Below, piece by piece: positions 33,954-42,108 of a stretch of DNA of 64,000 nucleotides. The stretch comes from a virus. Location of the stretch: IMG/VR virus record IMGVR_UViG_3300025141_013434, positions 1 through 64,000 of that record, one strand, 5' to 3'. Within the stretch, counting starts at the first letter, position 1. Each line of letters begins with the position of its first letter. The notes below the pieces were generated by a model that searched no databases, was not told where the DNA came from, and was given only the letters and a program-made list of their open reading frames with translations. The position numbers and the translations under genes were made by a program.

Positions 33954-35323
33954 TGTTTCTCCTTCTTAAAACTTTTGTATTTTTCTTTCAAATTCTTAAA
34001 CTGTTCCTTCGACGCTTTCTCGACAATGTCATCTACAGTATCTCCAGTCGGCGGCAACACCTTTATTTTTACACAACTGGTATCCATGAAAATTGGATAC
34101 ACTAGTCCATCCGGACCATTGCGATTCTTGGCCACAAACACACGACCACCATTGGTGTTCTTGTCTTTTACGGTTCTCGAAACAGAAAAGATGAAATCCG
34201 CAACGAAGCATTTATTGAAAGCTTCGGATATAGATTCCATTGTAATTACTTCGGCATTTAACCCAGACCGGTTTGTTTGAGAGGCTGTCCAGACTGGACA
34301 TTCATGGGTCTGTGCTATCCCTCGTAACTCCTCATAAATAGTCTCCAGCTGGTGTCTTTTCTCATCTTTTCTCGAAGAAACTGGTTTAATTAAGTCGCCA
34401 TAATCGACTATGATCAGGTCTGGAATAAACCCCCTTGTTTTCATCTTCTCTAAGTGACTTTTGATAGTTTGAATGGACGCTGAACGAGTTGGATACTCCT
34501 TAACTATCAGCTTTCCTTGCACCGATTGAATTTCCTCAAAGATTTTCTCTTTAAACACAGAAAGGTTCTTTAATTCTATCCCCGTTAGGCAGCTATCATA
34601 CCTACCAGCGACGATTGTGTCTGCTAATTCCAAAGTATAATGTACAACATTCTTACCAGCCTTCAAAGCATGAGACCCCAAGTGAACTAGGGCCATAGAC
34701 TTACCTGCGCCTGTGGGAGCTACACAAACACCGAGTTCGCCGCGGCCTAGGCCACCCTTGATCAAGTCATCAATCTGAGGCCAGCCTGTAGTGACGGGAT
34801 TTCTGGCCTTTAATTGAAACCTTAACTCAAAGTCTGCAAGATAATCATATCCGAAATTATTATCGCTGCCCAATTTGATTGCTTCGTTGATCAACATACT
34901 GACTTCATCAAACGATGATCTTTTAATAAGATCGACAGACTTAATCAAGGCCTCTTTGAGTTTTTGCTTTCTGCAAAAATCAAGAGCAACATCTTTTATA
35001 TATTCAGAACCTTCAAGGCTCTCCGTGGAAGCTAAGACTCTCGCGTAATAATCTCTAATACTGATCTGTGTTGATTCGTTTTCACTCTTAAGTTCAGTCC
35101 TGATTATGGACTTCATTATCTTTTCGGTGGGGTGGATACCATATTTATCTCTGTATCCAATTATTCTCTTCACAAACACCCTAAGGTGCTTTAGTTCCAA
35201 GAAATTTATATCCAAAACTTCAAAAATCTGATCCGCAAAGGGCCTATCTGTCAGGATAAGCTTACAAAGATCCTCTTGAAATGATTTTCCGAATTTGGAA
35301 AAATCTTCTTTTTCTTGTTTCAT
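33950..35323 (-). CDS. replicative DnaB/gp41-like helicase
   Basis: APTGAGKS Walker A, YTLEL, IIVDYGDL, WTASQTNR, KNRNG. Confidence 0.93.
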   Translation of the reverse strand: MKQEKEDFSKFGKSFQEDLCKLILTDRPFADQIFEVLDINFLELKHLRVFVKRIIGYRDKYGIHPTEKIMKSIIRTELKSENESTQISIRDYYARVLASTESLEGSEYIKDVALDFCRKQKLKEALIKSVDLIKRSSFDEVSMLINEAIKLGSDNNFGYDYLADFELRFQLKARNPVTTGWPQIDDLIKGGLGRGELGVCVAPTGAGKSMALVHLGSHALKAGKNVVHYTLELADTIVAGRYDSCLTGIELKNLSVFKEKIFEEIQSVQGKLIVKEYPTRSASIQTIKSHLEKMKTRGFIPDLIIVDYGDLIKPVSSRKDEKRHQLETIYEELRGIAQTHECPVWTASQTNRSGLNAEVITMESISEAFNKCFVADFIFSVSRTVKDKNTNGGRVFVAKNRNGPDGLVYPIFMDTSCVKIKVLPPTGDTVDDIVEKASKEQFKNLKEKYKSFKKEKQ

Positions 35324-35373
35324 TAAGTTCCCACCTATTTTATAATCTTACCACACATTCCTTAGAAAAGGAA

Positions 35374-36348
35374 CTAAAAAGGCGAGACCATCCGATTAAA
35401 ATTTTCGAACAAGGAATCCAATGACACCTCCCCGATGCCATCTTGAAGCATCAAGGCTCTAAGCCCTGTCTTATTGAGTTCTGCTTCATAGTTTTCAAAA
35501 GTTTGCCTGATTCTAGTCCTACCCTGAGTGGAGATAGAAGGAGAGTAGAGTTGCATTATTTTATAATTAGACTCAACAAGTTCCTTGCTCTCGTAAATTC
35601 TTTCGAAAACTTTTAATTTGTTATCTTCCTCTTCCATTACAGCCCGGCAGGCATTGAACAAATCTTCTACGAGAAAGTCCCTATCTTCCCCGAAGTCTTC
35701 GAAGCGCTTTGCCACGGTAGCCAGACCCACACCCTGAACACCAGGAAGGTTGTCGCTTTTATCGCCTGCCATAGCACGGGCAAGAGCAAAGTTCCTTGGA
35801 TGAATGCCAAACTTTTCAACCACCTTGTTCTTGTTCAAAATCTCATCTTGTGTTGGCCGAAATAATAACGTCTTGTCATCCAATAACTGGATAAAATCTT
35901 TATCACTGGACACGATAACCTTCTGATAATCTGAGAATTCATTCATTTGCACCACGTAGGATATCACATCATCAGCTTCGACGTGAGGTTCCATGAACTG
36001 TACGACTGGTGTCTGATTAAGATAATCAACTACTCTCATCTGTTGCCAGATCCTGTTATCTTTTTCTTGTTCTTCTGTTAGGTGTCTCGATGATCTATTC
36101 AGGCGAATTGGCTTCCTGCCTGCCTTATAATTCTTGTTAACGGTTCTGCGTTTCTTCGAGCCGCCTTCACCGTCCCATACAACCACGATCATGTCCGGTC
36201 GTATTTGTCTTGAAAGTTTATTTAGAATCTTTAGAAAACCCTTGGAGCCCCCAATGGGAGCACCATCACTAGACAAACTAGGGTCCACTATATAAGATCT
36301 TAAAAATTGGTTGTGCGCATCGACAACCATTAATCTCTTGTTACTCAT
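35374..36348 (-). CDS. 5'-3' exonuclease / flap endonuclease (T4 RNase H / PolI N-terminal-like)
   Basis: VVDAHN, WDG, YKAGR, EADDVI, SSDKDFIQL, GDKSDNLPGVQGVG. Confidence 0.95.
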   Translation of the reverse strand: MSNKRLMVVDAHNQFLRSYIVDPSLSSDGAPIGGSKGFLKILNKLSRQIRPDMIVVVWDGEGGSKKRRTVNKNYKAGRKPIRLNRSSRHLTEEQEKDNRIWQQMRVVDYLNQTPVVQFMEPHVEADDVISYVVQMNEFSDYQKVIVSSDKDFIQLLDDKTLLFRPTQDEILNKNKVVEKFGIHPRNFALARAMAGDKSDNLPGVQGVGLATVAKRFEDFGEDRDFLVEDLFNACRAVMEEEDNKLKVFERIYESKELVESNYKIMQLYSPSISTQGRTRIRQTFENYEAELNKTGLRALMLQDGIGEVSLDSLFENFNRMVSPF

Positions 36349-36485
36349 TATTTATCTCCATCGCCCAAAACTTTGCACTGTTTTATTCTCCAGAGCCCCC
36401 ACCAAAGAGATCCAAAAAACAAGATGTCGGCTAGAACGCCGTACATCAATCGCTCATCCAGCATATATTGTGTTAAAGTAAACAT
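36348..36485 (-). CDS. small membrane protein, 45 aa (not in ORF track)
   Basis: MFTLTQYMLDERLMYGVLADILFFGSLWWGLWRIKQCKVLGDGDK*; its stop overlaps the next ATG. Confidence 0.45.
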   Translation of the reverse strand: MFTLTQYMLDERLMYGVLADILFFGSLWWGLWRIKQCKVLGDGDK

Positions 36486-36502
36486 AATTGCATTTCTTTC
36501 TT

Positions 36503-36552
36503 TAAAAAAACACCCCAGGTATAATCATACCTGGGGTGTTAAGGTTTGTCAA
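36503..36552 (-). terminator. 14-bp perfect inverted repeat + T-run (terminator after recA) overlapping a sigma70 promoter TTGACA-N17-TATGAT
   Basis: AACACCCCAGGTAT-GATT-ATACCTGGGGTGTT then TTTTT; the -10 hexamer straddles the top of the 5' arm and the loop. Confidence 0.75.
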
Positions 36553-36572
36553 GGCCTAATTAGGGAGGATTA

Positions 36573-37706
36573 TTATTCCTTGACAGGTGGGATCTCGTCC
36601 TCTTTCTCGTAATAGTCAGAGGCGTTTCCTGTTCTATTGTCGAATTTCATTATAACATCTTGATCAATGATTTGCAAGACTCTTTCACGAAATTTCTCAT
36701 TTTCCAATTTATCTAGCCACTTCTTACGCTGAAACTTTTCTTCTGTACCATCCTCATGAATGATAGAGAACCATGCTCCAGACTGTTTAAAGTTTTCAGA
36801 GATCTGAACTGCATCAAACCAACTCTCTTCATCTTGAACTCCGATCTTATCTGAATTCCCCCACAAGATCTTAAAGTTACAATGTCTTCCTGCAGTACCA
36901 AACCGAGACTTTTCTAATTTAACTTTTACCTCGGACCCAACCCTGAAACCGTTCTCATCTGTTACGAACGATGCCTTTGCCTTTCGGCCAGTGAGCCAAA
37001 TCCTCAAAGAATATGCGTAGTGCATAGCCTTGCCACCCGGAGTTACCCACGGAGTTGTCATGGCCTCAGATGGAGATCGAGTAATATTGGTTTTAAGTTG
37101 ATTCAGAACCAGAAGGGTTGCTTTGCTGTTGGCAATTGGCACGGTCAACTTTGACATGCCTTTCGACAAAATTCTAGCCTTCACTGCCATTGAAGACTGT
37201 GGGTTAAAGTCGCCCTCAACATCTGAAATAGCGGGAGTCAAAGCAAGGGAGTCCCATATAAACAACCACTTGTTTCCCGTGTCCAAAAGCTCTTCGATTG
37301 TCTCTAAGACAAACTCTACACTTTCAGCCTGAACATACATCAGGCTTTCAAGATCGCAGCCAGCTAGTTCTAGAAAGCTCGGATCAATTGCAGACTCAGA
37401 ATCGAAGTATACCACATCAATCCCCATCTTCTGTGCGTTGGCAGCGATCTGGGTAGCCATGTAAGACTTCCCAGTCGCCTCAAGCCCTGCTATTTCAACT
37501 ATCTTTCCAACCGGAATGCCTGCTAGCTTTCCTTTGCAGATAATGGAGTCCAACCAGCGCGAGCCGGTTGGAATCCACTCCTTCACTTCTGTCGGATTCT
37601 CTCCGGAGAGACTATGTGCGACATCTCTACCTGCTTTCTTGTTGATAATACGTCGCATCTCATCCATTGAGATTTTTCCAGTTTTAATTTTAGCAATCTT
37701 TGCCAT
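36573..37706 (-). CDS. recA: RecA/UvsX recombinase
   Basis: IPTGS, GIPVGKIVEIAGLEATGKS, DSE, WDSL, NQL, TPGGKA. Confidence 0.95.
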   Translation of the reverse strand: MAKIAKIKTGKISMDEMRRIINKKAGRDVAHSLSGENPTEVKEWIPTGSRWLDSIICKGKLAGIPVGKIVEIAGLEATGKSYMATQIAANAQKMGIDVVYFDSESAIDPSFLELAGCDLESLMYVQAESVEFVLETIEELLDTGNKWLFIWDSLALTPAISDVEGDFNPQSSMAVKARILSKGMSKLTVPIANSKATLLVLNQLKTNITRSPSEAMTTPWVTPGGKAMHYAYSLRIWLTGRKAKASFVTDENGFRVGSEVKVKLEKSRFGTAGRHCNFKILWGNSDKIGVQDEESWFDAVQISENFKQSGAWFSIIHEDGTEEKFQRKKWLDKLENEKFRERVLQIIDQDVIMKFDNRTGNASDYYEKEDEIPPVKE

Positions 37707-37715
37707 CTATGTACC

Positions 37716-38477
37716 TCAAGTATTCAAAAGATCGTTGAAAGCTGCTTCCACGGCATCTGTTCCCGTTGGGGGTGCCGGCTTGGTGTCTCCGTACCGCTCG
37801 ACTTGTCCGTCAGTGCTGTCTCCGTCAAGAAACGTATCCAGGAGTGCCTGGACATCCTCCGTTGCCTTGCGTTCGAAGAGCCTTTCAAAGTCTGGTACTG
37901 ACTCCAACAACTCTGCACACCTATCATCACCGCCAACTGCATCGTCGCACAAGCGAGACTTGCGTGGGCGGGGTCGGATATCCGTGCGAGGGAAGGAAGC
38001 GCCCGGGGGCTTACCATACATTACCTTGAGATCATTACCATCCTCGTGGTCAGTAACATCGCCGTAATCAGGATCGAGAACAATGGTAAGAAGCTTTTCA
38101 TAAGCCATCTTCCCGTAACCCCAAACCTTAACACCTTGCTCTTCTTCTCCCCGAACGAGTACGGGCGAAAAGAATCGCTGCTTTGCGAAGAGGCCCTTGG
38201 CCATCTTCTTACTATCCTCCGTTCCTTCGTTCCAAAGCTTGGTAGCGAAATCACAGACTGGACATTCATCTCCGAAGTTCTTCTTGGGGCATAGAAAGCC
38301 ACCATGTGTCACGTTATAGTGAAAGAACTTTTCCTTAAAAGGGTCCCCATCGGAAGTGGGAACGATTCGAATGTTGTTTTCCCCATCTTGGGGCTTCCAG
38401 AAATCAGTTCTGTTTCCGTCACCTTTTCCGGTAACGTTATTAAGTTTTGCACGCATGCGGTCTAAATCAAGAGCCAT
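37716..38477 (-). CDS. gp32-like single-stranded DNA-binding protein
   Basis: FWKP..G.N.IRIVP, CPK...CPVC Zn site, DPDYGDVTD...G.D, acidic C-terminal tail. Confidence 0.88.
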   Translation of the reverse strand: MALDLDRMRAKLNNVTGKGDGNRTDFWKPQDGENNIRIVPTSDGDPFKEKFFHYNVTHGGFLCPKKNFGDECPVCDFATKLWNEGTEDSKKMAKGLFAKQRFFSPVLVRGEEEQGVKVWGYGKMAYEKLLTIVLDPDYGDVTDHEDGNDLKVMYGKPPGASFPRTDIRPRPRKSRLCDDAVGGDDRCAELLESVPDFERLFERKATEDVQALLDTFLDGDSTDGQVERYGDTKPAPPTGTDAVEAAFNDLLNT

Positions 38478-38515
38478 TGGTTTCTCCTTAGTTTTTTTGC
38501 TCAATTAGCTAAAGT

Positions 38516-38539
38516 CAAGTCGGCAAATCTCCCGACTTG
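38516..38539 (-). promoter_or_regulatory. stem-loop in the 5' leader of the SSB gene
   Basis: CAAGTCGG-GAGATTTG-CCGACTTG just downstream of the promoter TTGACA-N17-GATACT (38548-38576). Confidence 0.55.
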
Positions 38540-38572
38540 CTATAGACAGTATCCCATAAAATTTATAAAATG

Positions 38573-39430
38573 TCAACTATTTTTTTCAGTATCGCCCTGA
38601 ATTGCGGAAGAATAATATAATGCGTACCCACAAATATAATCATAGCTCGTGGAGAAGATTCCGTAACTTATCTTTTTGTTTTCGTCTTGATGTGCACGAG
38701 ATCTCATTTGTTCTACAATCTTTCGATGAAGGTTCGCTTCTTTTTCTAATTTTTCTTCAGGAATACCGTAATAATATCTGGTTTCCCGGACAATGTCAAG
38801 AGGAAAAAATGATTTTTCTGAATCATCTTCCGGATTGAAAAGACCTATCGTGCAAATCTTAGAAACCTCCATAAGGTCTGAAAATGTATCCGTTACAGAT
38901 TCAGAATGGTTAAAAACATTTATCATATGAAAAGAAGAAGCTATCACTTCATTTAAGGAATCGTAATAGTTCATTATTGAGGCATCTTGCACTAGGGGAT
39001 CCAACTCTTCGTTAGATATTAAATACATCTTCTCAAAAACTCCAGAACGAGAGTATTGTTGTAACACATTAAATACAGTTCGCTCCTGAAGCCTCTTTGT
39101 GTCGCTTGACAGAGAAACGTCCGGTTGAATGTAAAGGATGTTGATCCTGCACTTGCTATGAAGGTAGTGCAAGATCAAAAGTGAAGCTCCGGAGCAAATG
39201 CTTGCTCCGGAAACTATAAATAAAACTTCCCCTTTTACATTCTTCAAGAAGTTCTTGAATTTGGGGGGGTCTTTCTCATACCCTTCTGGAGAAGGGTGAG
39301 ACTCGATTTGTAGATAGTTCTTTTCATCCGATTCTTCTGTATCTATTTTAAAGACAGAATACTCAGGATATTTTTCGAACCTTCTGGCAACCCTTGTTGC
39401 AACGCCGCCAAGAGAAATTATCTTATCCAC
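38573..39430 (-). CDS. divergent tubulin/FtsZ-family (PhuZ/TubZ-like) protein
   Basis: IISLGGVATRVA (T1), KIDT, FIVSGASICSGAS (degenerate T4 loop), YIQP, YLISNEEL, YYDSLNEVIA appear in FtsZ order. Confidence 0.7.
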   Translation of the reverse strand: MDKIISLGGVATRVARRFEKYPEYSVFKIDTEESDEKNYLQIESHPSPEGYEKDPPKFKNFLKNVKGEVLFIVSGASICSGASLLILHYLHSKCRINILYIQPDVSLSSDTKRLQERTVFNVLQQYSRSGVFEKMYLISNEELDPLVQDASIMNYYDSLNEVIASSFHMINVFNHSESVTDTFSDLMEVSKICTIGLFNPEDDSEKSFFPLDIVRETRYYYGIPEEKLEKEANLHRKIVEQMRSRAHQDENKKISYGIFSTSYDYICGYALYYSSAIQGDTEKNS

Positions 39431-40629
39431 TTTATTTCCTTCATATCGCCAAAATTCTTTCCCAACTTAACATTGACCATATACTTGCCGAACCTAGTAT
39501 TCTCGAATAGGCTTACTATTTCTGGGATTTTGTTTTTCTCTTCTTTTGTAACATCCAAAACTATGGAGTCATGCATAATGAATGCTATTTTGCTCTTCAT
39601 GTTTTTCAAAAACTTATGAACCTTTGATGCCTGCTCTAAACACACATCACTAGTTGTTGACTGTAGAATATAATTCACACTGTGATACTCATCTGATTCT
39701 ATTTCGCGGAGAAAGGGTGTGGTGACGTTCTGGCCATCCCAGTATTTCTCTTTGATGAGAACCCTGTCATAAGCGCGGTTTAACAGAAAATCCTTAGAGT
39801 CTGGATTATACAGCCAAGAAAAAACCCTCTTCTTTGCTTCCTCCCTTGTCGTGGAGGGCCCGAAAATGTTCTTGATGTTCCAGTTGTGAACGTCTTCTTC
39901 GGGCTGGGCGGTACCAACCAGAGCCAACAAAGTTCTCAATTCCGCGGCATTAAAGTCAATCTCTAAGAACGCATCGTGATTCGGCTTTATGAATTCTCTC
40001 AAGTCTTTATCCAAAGTTAGGATCGGGAAGGATCCGCGCTCAGTTGTCAAACGGCCGGTCTTGGTTCCAAACAGGTTATAACGTATTGATAACGACTTTT
40101 TATTTAAATCCTTCATAAAGTGTCGGACTTTCTTTTTAAAAAATCTTGCCTTCATGGCTGAGCGGTCAACACTAACGGCTTGAAATCTTATCTCCTCTAT
40201 CATCCTGTGAGCACCTAGGAGGTGATCATAATTTTGAGGTCTGGAATGATTTTCAAACACGCTTTTTGTTATTTCGTTTTTCAAATACAGGTAGTTCAGT
40301 AAAAACTTCTTTGGAATTATATCAAAAATACAATTTTCTGTTAGGCTTACCTTTGCAGTACTTAAGGATTTTTTGTATGCCTCCAGCTTCTTAGTCGCAG
40401 ATTCCCACGAATTTCTTAGAGAATCCGGACAAACTGAATCCAAAGATCTCCCCGCAACGTAAAGCCAAGCAAACTCTAAATGTTCGTGTTCTCGCAACGA
40501 CTCTGAATATTTCCAAGTCCTTGTGAATCCTTCTAGGTTGATTTTTTCGAAAACGAGTTCCCTACCCCAAGGGCTGTCAAAAAATGCGCCGGCGCACTCT
40601 CTCTTATCGTCGATGTTTTGAAAATACAC
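39418..40629 (-). CDS. family A DNA polymerase-like protein (polymerase domain only)
   Basis: TKTGRLTT, IDFNAAELR (motif A), REEAKKRVFSWLY (motif B), NYILQST, MHDSIV (motif C); no exonuclease motifs seen. Confidence 0.85.
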   Translation of the reverse strand: MYFQNIDDKRECAGAFFDSPWGRELVFEKINLEGFTRTWKYSESLREHEHLEFAWLYVAGRSLDSVCPDSLRNSWESATKKLEAYKKSLSTAKVSLTENCIFDIIPKKFLLNYLYLKNEITKSVFENHSRPQNYDHLLGAHRMIEEIRFQAVSVDRSAMKARFFKKKVRHFMKDLNKKSLSIRYNLFGTKTGRLTTERGSFPILTLDKDLREFIKPNHDAFLEIDFNAAELRTLLALVGTAQPEEDVHNWNIKNIFGPSTTREEAKKRVFSWLYNPDSKDFLLNRAYDRVLIKEKYWDGQNVTTPFLREIESDEYHSVNYILQSTTSDVCLEQASKVHKFLKNMKSKIAFIMHDSIVLDVTKEEKNKIPEIVSLFENTRFGKYMVNVKLGKNFGDMKEIKWIR

Positions 40630-40647
40630 ACTCTTTCCTATAAGCCA

Positions 40648-42087
40648 TTACTGGAATTGACCGATGACGATATCTTTCTGTCGTTGCATCGGTGTATAAG
40701 TCCCACCAGCGGCTGTGACTGCTTGCTGCCTGAGTTCAACATATTCTTGAGCACGACGCAACCTTTTTTCTTCTTCTGCTGCGATACTTGTGAATCCAGC
40801 TTCGGCGGCCTCTTCAGTAAAATCTGCAGTCTGACCTATCGTCAGGGAACTGTCAACAGATGCAGGTGGTATCGGACCAGTATGGCCCGCGGGAGGTGAC
40901 CCTGGTACTTTTTGAAACTTTGAAGTTCTTGGATCTGCCTTTTTAATATGATCGTTCATGAACCTTAGACCATGGGATGTGCCCAGCCTGTTAAAAACCA
41001 CCATGGTCTTGTCAAGAACCGATCGCCACTCAGGTGAGTTGGTCTTCTCCCTTCCGTAGCCACACTCAATTAATCTAGCTTTCATATAAACATCAAGGCG
41101 CTGCCTGTTTGAGAATTCTCTAATAATTTCTTCTGGCATTAGAACCTCTCTTTTCACCCTTGTCTTTATAAGTTTGCCATCGCATATTCCCCTCTTCACA
41201 ATGTAGGGATGATTCGTCATAAAAGTATAATAGCAGTCTAACATGAATTCATCTAGGATGTCAAGGTCTTTCAAGTAAGACGGATAATAAAATGCGCTAA
41301 AAATATTTTTGGCATCTCCATCTATGCAGTATTTCGACATGAAATGATGCATTGAAGGTGACGACAAGTCCGCGACGAGGGCCCACGGGGCGTTCTTGTC
41401 TACTTTAAAGCCAAACCTAGCTGCCATGGCGAGGTACTTTTTAAAATCTCTTGAGTTTAAAATATCATTTTTTTCTTTATCTTTGTCATGTTCTGCTTCT
41501 GCCAATTCTATAATCAAGCCAGAGCACCTCATAGGGCATTCGTTGGATAATATAAACCCGGTCAAAGTTAATGGAAAATCAGCCACATGATTTCTGATAA
41601 ACAGTCTGTAGAATCTCATAAAATCAGAAAAGTTCACAATCTGATCAGTATACCTATATAAATAAGATTCCAAGAAGTTGGTCTTCATTTCATCTAGATG
41701 TCTCTGATGTAACCCCCTTGGATCTACGTGGGCTTTGCGTGGAAAACTACCATCCACAACTCCAAGTAGTCCCCTCATTCTCCTTTTCGAAATGGCGTGC
41801 TCATAGTAATTCACAAAAGCAGTATAGGCATCCACGACAAAATCCATTGCAAAATGTGGCTTATTTTCATTTAAAGCTGACATACCAGTACTCAAAGGAA
41901 AAATTGCGTTGCCATGGCCATCGACTTTTCCGAAGATACTATTCAAATACCAAAAATCCTGAAATCTTCTTCTGTGTTTTGGTTCTATTTCTTCTAGAGC
42001 GCGAACTTTATACTCTCTTCTAGCATAAAACAGGTGCTTTGGGCTAGACTTATTGAGTGCCGGGGTATGAATCACTTCTTTTGCCAT
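40648..42087 (-). CDS. hypothetical baseplate-region protein (possible degenerate M15/VanY-like fold)
   Basis: 479 aa; AARFGF.VDKNAPW resembles A..YGF....EPWH without the catalytic residues. Confidence 0.55.
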   Translation of the reverse strand: MAKEVIHTPALNKSSPKHLFYARREYKVRALEEIEPKHRRRFQDFWYLNSIFGKVDGHGNAIFPLSTGMSALNENKPHFAMDFVVDAYTAFVNYYEHAISKRRMRGLLGVVDGSFPRKAHVDPRGLHQRHLDEMKTNFLESYLYRYTDQIVNFSDFMRFYRLFIRNHVADFPLTLTGFILSNECPMRCSGLIIELAEAEHDKDKEKNDILNSRDFKKYLAMAARFGFKVDKNAPWALVADLSSPSMHHFMSKYCIDGDAKNIFSAFYYPSYLKDLDILDEFMLDCYYTFMTNHPYIVKRGICDGKLIKTRVKREVLMPEEIIREFSNRQRLDVYMKARLIECGYGREKTNSPEWRSVLDKTMVVFNRLGTSHGLRFMNDHIKKADPRTSKFQKVPGSPPAGHTGPIPPASVDSSLTIGQTADFTEEAAEAGFTSIAAEEEKRLRRAQEYVELRQQAVTAAGGTYTPMQRQKDIVIGQFQ

Positions 42088-42108
42088 CTTTTAATCCTCT
42101 GTTTCGCC

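Noticed and set aside
24021-37706. Inteins or introns in dnaE, nrdJ, helicase or recA
   Set aside because: Lengths are normal, and no C...HN-[CST] intein ends or interrupted motifs were noticed.
38525-38538. 14-nt perfect complementarity between the ssb leader and tRNA-Leu (3686-3699)
   Set aside because: About 15 chance 14-mer inverted matches are expected in 64 kb (64000^2/4^14); the match was noticed post hoc and has no mechanistic support.
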